Source: Rhina ancylostomus
Taxonomy: Eukaryota
Length of the DNA: 64,000 nucleotides
Direction of reading: 5' to 3'
NCBI GenBank assembly: GCA_030265395.1
Contig: JARFYF010000007.1
Coordinates: 42,570,635 to 42,634,634 of the forward strand
Of the stretch, positions 22,538-35,682 are shown one piece after another (position 1 is the stretch's first letter; the number at the start of each line of letters is the position of its first letter). The translations under genes were made by a program, and so were the position numbers. The notes below the pieces were generated by a model. It saw only the letters and a program-made list of their open reading frames with translations, made no database searches and was not told the origin of the DNA.

Positions 22538-25525
22538 CTGCTTTTCAAAGGAAACAATTGCATAAACCATCAAATATTTAGTCAGACTGCACTCTTACAA
22601 TCAGTTCATACATTGCTCATACTATAGGACAAAACAGCACACTAAATTTTAACTCATCCTTTCAAAAATAATTTAGCCTTAAACAACATTTAATTTTTAA
22701 AGCTGCTTGATCTCCTATACGAGTTCTCAAACAAAAAAATACAACACATACTTCCTCAATTTTTCCCCTTTATACACTGTTATTACATCTATCTAATTCC
22801 AAGGTTTTGTTGGTACTTCTAAGCAGTATGGACTTTGATTTCTCTCTATCAAATGACCAAGGAAACCCATCACTGGTTACCAAGTACTCCACACTTGTTT
22901 CTTTGCTCAATCTCTGCCCACTCACACAAAACTCACTTTTCCAGGAGTAGGCAACTTACTTATAAATCAAGAGAGTTTAGTAGGCTGAAATCTATTAGAT
23001 TTTAACAATCTAAAACTAAAGAGTATTACAATACCTATCAAGGCATTATTTTGGAGAGTTACTTTAACCAAACAAGAAGAATCCAGGTCCTCAGGAATAA
23101 ATCTAATCTCCTCAATCAGGTATAGGCAACTGATTCATGCATTAATTGCAATCCATGTCTGAGCTCCAGTTCTCAAGGGAGGTTTGCCAATTGACATCAC
23201 TGCCAGAAGTCTTTGAGAAACACTGCACTTATATTAGTTTCAGTTATAGTTCTGCTATGGTGGGAATGAATCTCTCACATTCAGTGATGGCAACTGTAAC
23301 ATTCCTGTGGAAGGGTTAGAGTTGTTGGGAGATGATTTATACCGGGAGTACTTGGAACTATGGCTCACCCATCTACCTACCACAATGCTGAAATGAAGCA
23401 CAAGGCAGGATGCTACTACACCATGAATGACACACCACAGACCCAATTCCAGTGTCAAAAGAAATTCAATGACCTTGCTCAGCTGGTCAAGGTGAGCAGT
23501 TACTGACAAAACCACCAAAGCTTTGATTTTCATTCTTACCATAACTCCAGCACTCACATACATTTGACAGTGTGTCTATACCTATTGCAAACATCTCTTA
23601 AACCTTTTGAGATACACTCACTAAAATTCTCACCTAGATGGTGGAAGCCAGGAATCAGTGCCTTGGACCCCTGTCCATCCCACTAGATTTTACAGCTCGT
23701 CATTAGTAAGTCTCATAAGCACCCTCTTCCCTTCACTCTTTTGCCATGATCGTGCTCATTTGATTTTTTATAATACAGAATCACCGGAGACCCCACCTGC
23801 CCAACTCGCACACCCCACCGAGGAGGCCAACTTTGACAAGTGGGTGGATGAAGGTGCAGTGTCAATGCATTTGAAATTCCCATGCACCAACTCAAATTGT
23901 GGCTCATCACAGAATGTGGGGGGGCGTAGTGCATAGGCAGAAATTTCATCAGGAAGTTGCTGCCAAGCTAGAGGATTACTAGAGCTAATGTTGCATTGCC
24001 CTAGAGGGAGAGACTGCTCCAAGAAAACAACCTACAGGAGAAGCCTGATGTAGATGCACGTGGAGAGGCTTGACATTTTGTCTGATTTGGCAGAAAGCCT
24101 GTCAAAGAAATTTGCCCTGCTGTGTGGAGTCCAGTGCCCATTCTTGCCAGTCGGAGTGGTGGATGCCATGTCAGAAATGTAGAGTCAGCCTTGGGATAGC
24201 AGGTGATGACAGAGCTATCAGCTTCCACAGCAGCACAAGCAAAGGTCGCCTATTATCAGAGTTCTGCAGTGGAAATTTAGACCATTGCCATCATGGCCCC
24301 AAATTCAACTGTTAGCATAGGCCTCAGTGTAAACTGTGATAGACTGAAAGGCCACCATGTCTTGGGAAGTACCAGTGAATCTATGATGATGCAAAAAAAA
24401 ATCTACTGCTTCTCCCTGGGCCACAATTACTGTGCTCTCAGCATTGCCAATGCAACAGTAGCCTCGCAATTGGCCTTCAGCTCATCTGACCTAGGTTAAA
24501 GCTGTTCATGCTGAGATGATACAGTTTGAAACTGGGCCATTAGCCCAGAGCTGCTTGAGGTTCCCCTCTACAGTGAGGGAGCAATCTTCCAGTGGTTTGA
24601 TTGCAGCCATGTAGAAAGCACCGTGCAGCAGCAGCAGCAGCAGGTCAGACAGTATCACAAAAGAAAAACAAACACAAAAGGGCAAGCACAAGAGGTAAGT
24701 GTGATCAAAGTGTTGTTTGTTTGTTTTGTCAGTGCTCTTATCATTTTAAAAGATTCTTCTTTTATCATTCAATCACTTTGCTTTGAATCCATGGGCTTGT
24801 GCTTTCCTTAACATGTGGCACTTCATCAAAGCCTAACTAAAATCAATGCAGACTACATCAAATGCACCATCTTTGTCAAGGTGTACAAAATTATGAAAAG
24901 CCTACAGTAAGTGAACAGGAAAGAACATACTTCTCTTGAAAAAGCGAAGGGTAGATAACTAGCTGACATTGATTTAAGTTAGATGGTACAAAGTTTAGAG
25001 GAGAATGGAGGCAAGAAAAGTTTGAAGACCAGTTGGGGGTCTGAAATCCACCATCCAAAAAGGATGGTGGAGACTGAAAACCCTGTCAAATTTTTAAAAA
25101 GTACATAGATGAATATTTGAAGAGATACAAAGTGTAGTGACAAAGCTATCCAAGCTAAGAGTTGTTTAAAAAAAAGTTGAAAATAATTTTCAAGGGAAAG
25201 GAGCCAAATTCTCCGCGAACAGGAGCAATGTCTTGTAAGTGGAATGCTTCCACTTGACTGGCATAGTGGAGGAGAAAGAACTGCAAATTCTATTAGAAAT
25301 TGCATAAAAATCCACAACTGTGTATTCAGAATTCAAAAATGAAAACTTCTAACATGACAAAACAGTAAAAGCAGCTTACTTTTGTAGAAATATGAATTAA
25401 TCTTTAGTGAATTGATTTACATTTCAGTACAACCGGTAGCATGCTCAACTTGAGACATTTTATAAACATATTACTCAAAACAGAAATATTCCTCAAAACT
25501 AGCCGTTAAAACAAAACTAACTTAC

Positions 25526-25628
25526 CAGTGTAGCAGGATTCCAGGTTGTAGTAGGAGCAACCTTAGGTTGCCAGTTGGTTCCTCCAGTTAGTTTCTTTTC
25601 CCCAGGCTGGTTCCAATGAAGATCACTT
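25526..25628 (-). CDS. PICALM: PICALM exon 17 (103 nt, or 100 nt with the distal NAGNAG acceptor at 25625)
   Basis: SDLHWNQPGEKKLTGGTNWQPKVAPTTTWNPATL; AAGAAG tandem acceptor, gtaagt donor. Confidence 0.93.
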
Positions 25629-26055
25629 CTTAGGCAAAGGATTATTTAATTAATAATTCTGTACTCCAATCCCAAACATCACATCTATGTCACTATGCTG
25701 TCCAACTGAGCCAACTGTTAACAAACCAAACTGAACTATAGCCACAGACCCTCAGACTAAAGAAATTGTAATTGCTGAACTAAACTGAAGCCATATTATG
25801 CAGTTATAATAAACTGCATCATACTAAAGGCTTTGGTGTCTTCACATTCAGTCAATCATTAAGTTCATCTGCCAGAACAATAAAGACCACTGATGCAGAT
25901 TTACATTTAAAAACTTCTAAAACTTCATTGCTACTGATCTGTAATTCATGGATAGATTATGAATTATGGCCAGAGGAAGCACTGCACCGTAACGCAATAG
26001 CCTTTGAGTAATCCACTTCTAGGCATCCTTTGGATATTTATGATAGCAAATTTAA

Positions 26056-26130
26056 TTCTGCAAATAGGCAATCAAGTAAATAGGCAATCAAGTAATGATT
26101 GCCTATTTACTTGATTGCCTATTTGCAGAA
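26056..26130. repeat. Perfect 35-bp inverted repeat with a 5-nt loop
   Basis: ttctgcaaataggcaatcaagtaaataggcaatca-agtaa-tgattgcctatttacttgattgcctatttgcagaa. Confidence 0.95.
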
Positions 26131-26875
26131 ATAAGCAAGTCACATGATTTAAGTTGTCAGAATTAAAATAGCAGGAAACATTTAAACAAAAGAAATGCCT
26201 AACGAGAATCTTAGATCCATATAATGCTATAATGCTCTCATCCCCATATAATGCCATAATGTTTTAAGTATAATGAAAGCAAGACTAAATTACTGTATTT
26301 TATACCACTTGTTTTTAGTTATGTTTCTTGAATGTTACTATACATGCAAGTGAAAATTTAATTTCCAGATTCACCAAAACATAGTGAAAGCAACAACAAA
26401 AAAAAAATCTGAATTCACGTAGAAGTGGTGTAGTTACATCCCACAATAAAAGGTGTTATTATCCATGTGATGTATTGAAATTTGGGTCACTAAACACGTT
26501 AAATCAAAAGAGACCAAATCCTGATTTTCTGCCACATTTTCACAACAGTTGTATTATCACCTGAACTTTAAAAATCAGCATTAATTTTTATTCCAGGAGA
26601 GAGATAAAATACTGTGACAATTACAAGTAATGTCTGGAGCTCATGCATTATGAGACATTCTACAAAATGATTCCCATGAACCAAAAGATCAAAGTTTAAA
26701 GATTTAAGATTGACAAAATTTTGCTATCATCAAATTTCTCATTTTAATACACAGTACAATTTAGGGCACTGCAAAATATGCCATAATTTCTGTTGAATAT
26801 ATAGGAAGGTGGTGCCTATAGAGAATATACAGCATTAGCCATTTTAATCAATATGCATAAATGACTGGTCCTTAC

Positions 26876-26906
26876 TTTTTAGCAGATCCATTTCCAATTC
26901 CCAAGT
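26876..26906 (-). CDS. PICALM: PICALM exon 16 (31 nt)
   Basis: (N)LGIGNGSAK; cag acceptor, gtaagg donor. Confidence 0.93.
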
Positions 26907-26995
26907 CTGAAATACATGAAATTGACTTGCATTACTTGATCAGCACTGAGAAATAAATATTGTTAAAAACACAACCACATATGTTTGTTACTTAC

Positions 26996-27127
26996 TGCCA
27001 ACGAGATTAGCCAACGATGAATCCAAATCCTCTCCTACTAGCTTGTTTGGCTGCGGCTTTGAAGATTGTTGGGTCTGATTCTGCAAAGCTACAGTTGGTT
27101 TCAGGAGTTCACCTAATCCATCAAAGT
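26996..27127 (-). CDS. PICALM: PICALM exon 15 (132 nt)
   Basis: DFDGLGELLKPTVALQNQTQQSSKPQPNKLVGEDLDSSLANLVG; aag acceptor, gtaagt donor. Confidence 0.94.
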
Positions 27128-28545
27128 CTTGGGAGGTCAGTAATGCATTACAATTACAGCAATAAAACACAAAAATTTTGCAGGGACACTACTTATATTT
27201 TGCCAATAAAGATCAAGATGTTAAAATCCCAACTCACCCATTCAAGCATGCCAAGCAAAGCCAAGGACCCATAGGTATGGATGGTGGAAAAAAATTAGAA
27301 TAATATGTTTATAGAACAAGCCAGAAATGTAATTAAAACACTGCAATTTTACTGAGTACATATCAACTGAACGATGAGCCAAAAAGTATTAACCAATATT
27401 ATGTTCCTGCTTTCAATTATACCTTGAGAAAAGAATATCAACATGCAAGAATGAGCTAACATTGCTGCATGCAGGAAACGAACTGTCTAGCTAAAAAAAT
27501 TGATAACTTAAATAATTTTGTGAGCAACATATCAAATACAAATATATTTGAAATACAATAGCAAAACATGTCACAGGTGCTTTGAAAGTTTAGGACTGTC
27601 TAATGTTTTAAAAGTCCAATTGAGACATGATAAAAGTTATTGCTGGAAACAGATTTTAGTTTGGCTTGTAAAAATATCTGTTGCAGACAATTTTCATATG
27701 ATATGCTGCTTCCATTTTGCCAATGCACTGAGCAACTGCCACAATGCCTTTGTTCTGCATGCTTAACTCACTGCAATGTATGCGCATGCCTGCAGGGAGG
27801 CTAATTCAAGAATATCAATCATGGCCTTCATGAAAGAACATATCACACGTGGACACATCATTCATGGTGACATGGAAGGGAAATCACCCAGGAATATCAA
27901 CTCCAAGAAATGCATTGCTATATCCAGACAGATCAGTTCCCCCCTAGTCTCCCATTTTAAATTGCAATTAAGAGGCCAAGACTGACAATGCAAAATGCCA
28001 AATATTTAAAACAACACAAATCTAAAAAGGACCAACTGAGCAGTTGATTAAACATTTTAATACAATATTAAATTATTTCACTTTGACTCCATTTTTAAGC
28101 ATCAAATACAGAACTTACTTCTACGCTAATAACTGGTACATGCAACCAAGACTGGTCATACCCAGATCAATACTACACTAACCTAACTGGTTAGTTAATA
28201 TGGTCCACTGCATCAGTTACTGGATAATCCAACCTTAAAGCCTCTCAAAAGGCAGAATGGCAGTTCAGACAATGGAGTTCCATATTCAGAAAAGGGGAAG
28301 ATAAAAACAGTCGTGCAAAGTACAAATCTCTTCCAAGAAGTGGGCTCCCCTCCTCCATATATGAAAGTAAAGACTATTTATTATTGGGACTGAACAAATA
28401 TAGGAACTTTTGACCACTGCTTGAAATGTGCCACAGTATTAAATTTCATTGACATATAAATACAAGATCTGAATACCCTGTGGCATTCCAAATGAAGTGG
28501 TTATTTTTCAGTGACCTCTTCTCCAATGGAAGGGAATATTCTTAC

Positions 28546-28662
28546 CACCAGAATCCATAATGCTATTGGCTGTGGAAGTTGATTTAGTCCCAAATACAGA
28601 CTCGAAGTCAACATTAAGGCTTGCTGAAGATAGTGCCTGAGTAGCTGGTGAAGGAGTGAACC
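28546..28662 (-). CDS. PICALM: PICALM exon 14 (117 nt)
   Basis: GFTPSPATQALSSASLNVDFESVFGTKSTSTANSIMDSG; FESVF (FxxVF) motif; tag acceptor, gtaaga donor. Confidence 0.94.
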
Positions 28663-29612
28663 CTAAAAATACAGAAAAGCATGGCTACATTCAACAATGC
28701 AAGAAAGGGGGGGGAAAAACCTCTTCTACCAATCAGAATACAGTTTTAAAATCAATGCACAATCCAAATTTTAAAGTGAATGTTTAATTTGGCTACATTA
28801 TTTCCAGCAGTAATGAGGATTAAACAATACTTTCTACAAAATCTTAATCTTATATTTAATTAGAAAACAACTTGAATATTTATTGTAAGAGTATTCTCTT
28901 TAACAAGTTTAATTTTTGAAGAAAATTGTATCCATATCATTCATCTCGTGTTTATCTACTCCATGTTTCTTCCTTTCATCACACTTTGCCTCAACCACCC
29001 AAATGAAGCATAATTTCTGACTTTTCCCCACTCAGTCCCCTCCCTAGGCTACTGCTTCCAACTTCTCCCTATTCTTCCCCTTCAAAAGTTGTGTTGTTAT
29101 TCAAAAAATTAGTAGGCCCACTGTATACTGGGTGAAAAAACATTCTGCTCAGAATTTTCATCTCCTGTATACAGCAAGTAAAATCAATTCAAACAGAAGC
29201 AAAACTAATGAGGCTTCTGAAGCAGAAAGCGTCCTCAAAAACTGTGCTGCCAATATACATGCAATGTATCGGCAGTAAGTATATTACTATCACAAGTAAA
29301 AAGCCTACACAACAAAGCTAGCAATAACTGAAAATGATACCTGCATGTGTTCTCCAAGTATGATTAGCAAAACTGCACCAGTCTCCCCATACTTAAAAAG
29401 GGAAGCGCCGCTTGTGCTAGAAATCCTTAAAATGCATTTGTTCAACTTTCACTATGGTTGAGTCCAATATCTCTCAGGCAGTTATTATTGATTTGCACTG
29501 TCTTTGTAAATAACACATCTGATTCTGCCTGATGTGAAATTTACTACAGCATAATGTAATTTTAAGTGAATAGCTGAGAGGAGCTAAGTACATCAGGCAG
29601 CAAGGAAAAGAT

Positions 29613-29652
29613 ATGAAAGTTAGGCAAAAACAATGAAAGTTAGGCAAAAACA
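29613..29652. repeat. 20-bp tandem duplication
   Basis: atgaaagttaggcaaaaaca x2. Confidence 0.9.
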
Positions 29653-29859
29653 GGGTTTTAGGTTGAGCCAGTGGGAAAGATCCACATGGGACAGAAATGC
29701 TAGCATGGACTAGCTAGGCCAGATGTGATATGTGCCAACTCCTGGACAAATGCAGTATTCTAGACAAATGCAATATTCTATTAGCAAGAGCTTTACTCAC
29801 TGCAATAATAATTGCAAACTTAAGTAGCTTTATGCCAGATAGTGTCAGAGATACAGCAT

Positions 29860-30170
29860 GGAAACTGGTCCCTCAAAACATCAGTCACCTACTCTTACGC
29901 TAATCCTACCCTAACCCTTCTATCCTCCACATATTCTCATCAACACCCTGCATTTCTACCACTCATCTATAGACCAGGTACAATTTATAATGACTAATTA
30001 ACCTACTGAACTGCACACTCTTGGAATGAGGGGGGGAAACTGGAGCATTGGGAAGAAACCCATGTGGTCACAGAGACAACATGCAAACTCCACTCAGACA
30101 GCACCGAAGGTCAGGATTGAACACAGATCGCTGGAGCCGTGAGGCAGCAGCTCTATTAGCTGTGCCACTC
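29860..30170 (-). mobile_element. Decayed V-SINE
   Basis: Reverse complement has a tRNA-like head (tggcacagctaatagagc, gtgttcaatcctgacc) and a V-domain-like core. Confidence 0.7.
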
Positions 30171-30334
30171 CAAGCAGGGAAAATTAATTACACTGACTGC
30201 TTAAAAACCAAAATATTTCAACTATTAATGCAAGAAAGAAAATTCTTAATTCTTACCAGTCAATTTTAAAAATAGGGGCACTATCCAGTCAAGTCCCAAA
30301 CAGCAGGTCTGTCATCGCCAATATCTCATAATTG

Positions 30335-30582
30335 TTCCCCTTATACAATGAGACGGACTATGACCTCATGATCTACCTTGTTGTGACCTTGCACCTTATG
30401 ACATTGCACTCTCTCTGTAGCTGTGACACTTTATTCTGTACTGTTACTGCTTTTACCTGTGCTACATCAATGGACTTTACTANNNNNNNNNNNNNNNNNN
30501 NNNNNNNNNNNNNNNNNNNNNNNNNNNNNNNNNNNNNACAAGTTTTCCACTGTACCTTGGTACAAGTGACAATAATAAACCA
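30335..30582 (+). mobile_element. Rex1/Babar-like LINE 3' tail
   Basis: Reverse-complement match to 2480-2700. Confidence 0.65.
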
Positions 30583-31534
30583 AAGTCACCACAGTGGCTT
30601 GCAGCAGAAATAGACATTCAACACTTTGCAGTCTTTTACAACTGGTGAGGGCAATCAACTGGAAACCTAATTTGAGCTATCGTTTCACTTCCATCTCAAC
30701 CATGTTTCAGTTTTTGCCTAATTGAAACTGTTTAATGCTATTACTGAAACACTGATTTCAAAAAATTTGAACAGCATTTCAAATTTAATCACAGTATAGG
30801 ATTGGCAGCTATGAAAGAAAATGCAGAGATTTCACAATGCAGCTTTTCCAACAATGTCATTTTGTGTTTCAATTACTTCAAAATATCAGTTGGATACCGA
30901 TACAAAATATGTTTGTAACAAAAACGAGCACAACGATCACTAGGTGTCATTTTTGCAGAACTTTCACCTCAACTTCTATAGAAATCACACTACATGCAGA
31001 ATGCTCCGGTTTTGCAAAAAGAATTAGATACAGGAGGAAATTTCCCATTATCACAGGAAAAGCAGCTTTGGACATTAAGCAGAAATGGTGTGAACAGTTT
31101 AACAAACATATTACCACTTGCACATTTATATGGTGACCCATCCAATATTATTTAACCCTATTGCTCAAGGACATTATTAAATAATATCACTGACAATATC
31201 ACGTGGGAGAATGGATGATTTACACCAAAGTACACACTAGATGATTTTTTTGTAGGTAAAATAATGCAACCTCCGGCCTGGTAGACAACATAATTAACTA
31301 TATCGTTGCAATCAGAATGCTGAATATACTGCAATATTTATTTAGGAAATGGGGAAGTATATGCCATGAAATACTGGGAGAGTATTTGATTACACATTTT
31401 CCAAAGATTAGATAGTAAATCTGCCCACTTTAACCTATTTCACATGCAAAGGAGAGGATGTCCAGTAGTTCAGTGCACAGCAACAAAGACGAGACTGAAA
31501 GCACTTTCAGAAGAAGAAATCAGATGAAACCTAC

Positions 31535-31615
31535 CTGCAAATAGACCAGCTACAGCAGGGGACTCTGTTCTAAACTGGGAAGCATTAGAATAGGCTGGAG
31601 GACCACAGAAGGAAT
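31535..31615 (-). CDS. PICALM: PICALM extra cassette exon 13c (81 nt, phase 1-1)
   Basis: ctgtcag acceptor, CAG|gtaggt donor; DSFCGPPAYSNASQFRTESPAVAGLFA; resembles the DSFCGP...VAGLF exon recalled from fish picalm. Confidence 0.82.
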
Positions 31616-33279
31616 CTGACAGATAAATTGTGCAAAGAGAAGATCAGAAAGATAAGCAGCAGTTTCTGAGCCAAGGACTGAAGGCTAAACAAACAGAAAT
31701 AGTATACAAATAGTTAATTTCAGGAAAGTAAAATACACGTTTATTCTCAATTTTTAAAATAATCAATTACTATCCCATAACTACAATATGCTTCATTGGT
31801 AATTATACTGATGACCAATTCTTAAAACATTTACCTCCGGTACTTTAATTGGATTATCAAACTTAAGACCATTTAGCTTAAGTCAGCTGAGCATCTTCTA
31901 TCACTTAGTATTTAGCATCATACATCTTCTGCTAGATTAAACACAACTGAAGCCCAATGATGCATACCAGATACATCAATAAAGCAGATATTTCTAATGG
32001 ATGAAATGCAAACAGAAGCCAACAGTCCAGTGTTGAAAGAATTGACCTATACTATATGATTACCAATTGTTGATGAAAAACTGATGAAAATGGAATAAGT
32101 AAAATGGAAGGGAACAGTGCAATTTTCTTGTGTGTACTGTGGAAAACAAATGAGGAGATACTAGAGGAAGAAAAAGACAAAAATGACTATTGCATTTGAA
32201 TATATGATAAATTACGTACTTCAGTCTTTTTGCAAAGGGATTTGGCAACCATTATGAGATGCAAGGTTAATTTATGCTCTTCTTTTGCAAGAATGGTAGG
32301 GGGAGTAATGTTGAAATACAAAGCTGTTGTTTCTTTCCAAATTGAATTTTTAATAATAATTTACTTGTACAACTATACTAACATGAGAAACATTACAGTG
32401 TGCCTCACAAATAAGCAGGATAAAAAGGGAAAGCAAACCACAAGGGAAATTAAGTGAGGTGATCCAATGTAGGTCAAAGAATAAAAGATGGTGCAAACTG
32501 GATGTGACACTAATTTAAAAGAATTAAATACAAAATAACCAAGCATTAAGCATATTTGTGACAGTCAACATCTTTCCTTTCAGTGAGATCATCCGCAGGC
32601 ATAGTGGAAAAGAAAGATGTGGATAAGAAAGATAGATGCCAACAAGATCCAGGAGGTAACAATGCAGGAGGCAGAAGAGAAGCTACTGCTACAGAAGAAC
32701 CAACTGTGTTCAAATCAGTAGCAAAGACAGTTTCATAGAACAGTAAGAGGGCTAAATACATAAACAAATTTGGCCAATAAGTCACTTGTAAATTTTATGA
32801 AGAGAACTGGCACTGCATGAAGCTCTTTCATGATGCCGGTGACCTGGGTTCAATCCTGACCTCGGGGGCTGCGTGAGCTTGCACATTCTCTGACCACATG
32901 GTTTCCTTTCACATCCCAGAAACATGTGGGTTGGCAGATTAATTGCCACTAGTCTAGGTGGATGGTTAGACTGGTAGTGTTACTGGGTATGTGTGAGAGA
33001 ATAGGTTGCAGGGAAATAAGTGGGGGGAGAAAATGGGACACAAGGGAATGATCAGAGCTGCCAAAGACTCAATGGTCTGCATGGTCACTATATCCTAAGG
33101 GAACATGGAAAAAGTACAATGAATTTTAGAGGGCAAAATGCTCCTTGAAAATGGCAGTATATACAGAATAAAAAGGCTATAAATGTTTCATAAGTATGAG
33201 CACAGACTATTCAAGAGAAAATGAGTATATTTTATAGTTGGATCATTTAAGGTTTTGAATACAGGAAATGACATATATT

Positions 33280-34260
33280 ATCCTTTTTCTCTCCTCTTCC
33301 ACATTATGATACCGAAGTGAAATATTTTCCTAACTTCCAATTCTTGTTGGAGAGCGAGATCTTCTGACTGCTCTCTTAATACTCTGGATGGCCTTTTGCT
33401 GTCCATCTATTTCTCCTTTTGTTGTATGCTCCATTCTTCCTTCCTTATAACGAGGTGCCAAAAATCAAATAATTTTAGGTAATGTAGAATTGGTTGACAA
33501 CCTATTATTGGACCGTTGATATTGTGATCTCTTCCCGTCACCCCCATGCTCTTATCAGACACTTCAGTAAGTTTGTCACTGGTTTCCTTCACTTTATGTT
33601 GAGGTCCAAGTCTCACATAGTAGCAAGCTATTAGGAAGATCATTTGTATAAAGTTATTCTAGGTGCTGATGGGTATTGATAGATGTTGCCGAATTGGTGA
33701 CATTTGATTTATTATACATCTTTGCATAACTCACTTCCATTTCTCTCTCCATTCTTCAGTAATTGGTGGTGGTCCCAGGTACTTGAACATTTTCTAAAAT
33801 AAATGTGAACTGCAGATTCTTCTCTTCCAACTGACATTGTTTCTGTTATCTCAGAAGTTCATTATGTTGCAGTTTTCACATGTTTTAATCAGCCTGGAGA
33901 TGTTCTCTTGTAGTTGATCTTCACTATCTGCAAATAAGACTTGATTATCAGCAAAATAAGTTCATTTGAAGTGCTGTCTTCTTCCATGGGGTGCTCCTTT
34001 ATAAATGTCATCAATATTTGCCATGAATAGAGAAGGATGATAGAGCACATCCTATCTGTGCACAGTTGCAAAACTTGAAGCTCCCGTTTTCATTCTTATA
34101 ACATAGCAATTCTCTTTATAATAGCTTTGATGTATAATGGATCATTTGATGACTCACACCATTGAAATCAGAGCACAAATTCAATGTAATAACAAATCAT
34201 AGCTCCTTCAAGAAATCTGAGCTACTACTACAATTTCCTTTGTAGTAAAAAGAGGCTATG
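33280..34260 (-). mobile_element. Highly decayed RTE-like LINE fragment
   Basis: FKYLG motif at about 33790 and an RGRG-like C-terminal remnant at about 33295 on the minus strand; boundaries approximate. Confidence 0.4.
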
Positions 34261-35682
34261 GGGAAATTTAGAGATTTTAACAATCAATAAAAATTTCAGA
34301 CTTGGAACCAGGGGGGAAATTAAGATTTTCTTTTGTTCTGGAGTCTGAGTTTGATTGGGATTATGTGAAATTTCTTTATGCACCATTGCTTTTGCATAGG
34401 AAGTATTGCAATTATTGTATTTTTTAAAGCAGGAACATCTGAAATTGAGGAAGGTACAAGCTATGAAGAGAGAACTTAGAAGTGAGATAACAGAGTTGTT
34501 CTAGCAAGATGTGGGTACATAAACAACTGACCAAGTGGTTTTCTTCTCTGCTTCAGACTTCTATATTTATTTCATGAAGCAACAGAATGAAGGGCAACCA
34601 GGCTTAGCTAACAATAATGAACATGCAAAAAAGCTGCATTTTAGACCATGGGAAAAAAAGCAATAGTAGTGACTTCGGTGGGGTTCATTTGGCACCCTAA
34701 AAAGAGAAGAAACTTGACAAATAATAAAATATTNNNNNNNNNNNNNNNNNNNNNNNNNNCTGGCTAAGAATGGAGCCAGGTATAAGCAGATCCACCCAGC
34801 TTCTTGCTGGTGACAGGAGGTTTTGGAGGTTGGTGTGCTCAGTTATACAATGACTTAAATAAAGATGAGAAGTATGAGTAGAGAAATATTGTATTTCTGC
34901 TTATTACGTCTTCATGATTATCACACTTTTCACTTACTAGTTGAAGGTTCAACATTATTGACATGCGCTTACCGCCTGGAGGTGTGCTGAATAAGAGATT
35001 AAACTGAGTGAGTATCTAAATGGAAGCAAGAACTGTATTAATATGCAAATGAGACAATTTTTCAGAAATGAGAGTCTAATCGTGTTTCTTCATATGTCAA
35101 TGAGAATAATTAAAAGTCCTGGTCAAATTACAAGCACAAAGGCCATTCATTAAATCAGGATGGAATGCGATTTGTGCAGAAGTGGTTATGCATAATGTGA
35201 TCTAGAGTGGGAGGTCACGCAATTTGATGGAGACAATACTGAGATGCAGCTATTGCAGTTCATTACTTAAGTGAACATATCAGACTAAAGTTAATTTCAA
35301 GTCTTTTCCTGCAGAAATCAAGTCAATCAAATGAAGCTTCAACAACTCAAAACACACAATAACTCTTCCCAGGTGAAATGTAGGAGACTGATCAATAAAT
35401 TAATGATAAATTTATGATTAATGAATTAATAATCTAATGTGAATACAGTGGATAAATTCTTAAGATGAGCTACCAGCTAAATATTTTTTTCTTACCCACA
35501 TCCTACCTGGTGTATTATTAATTTAACACAAAGAATATTCACTCATTGAGGAACAAGCCTGATTCAACTACTTTATGTATGTTTTATTTTCCTTCCAATT
35601 ATAATTTATTATACAAGTGTGCTATGTTTTCCAAGTTGAGAAAACATAGGTATGATTGTGGAAAACCTTTCCGTCGGAGTAC

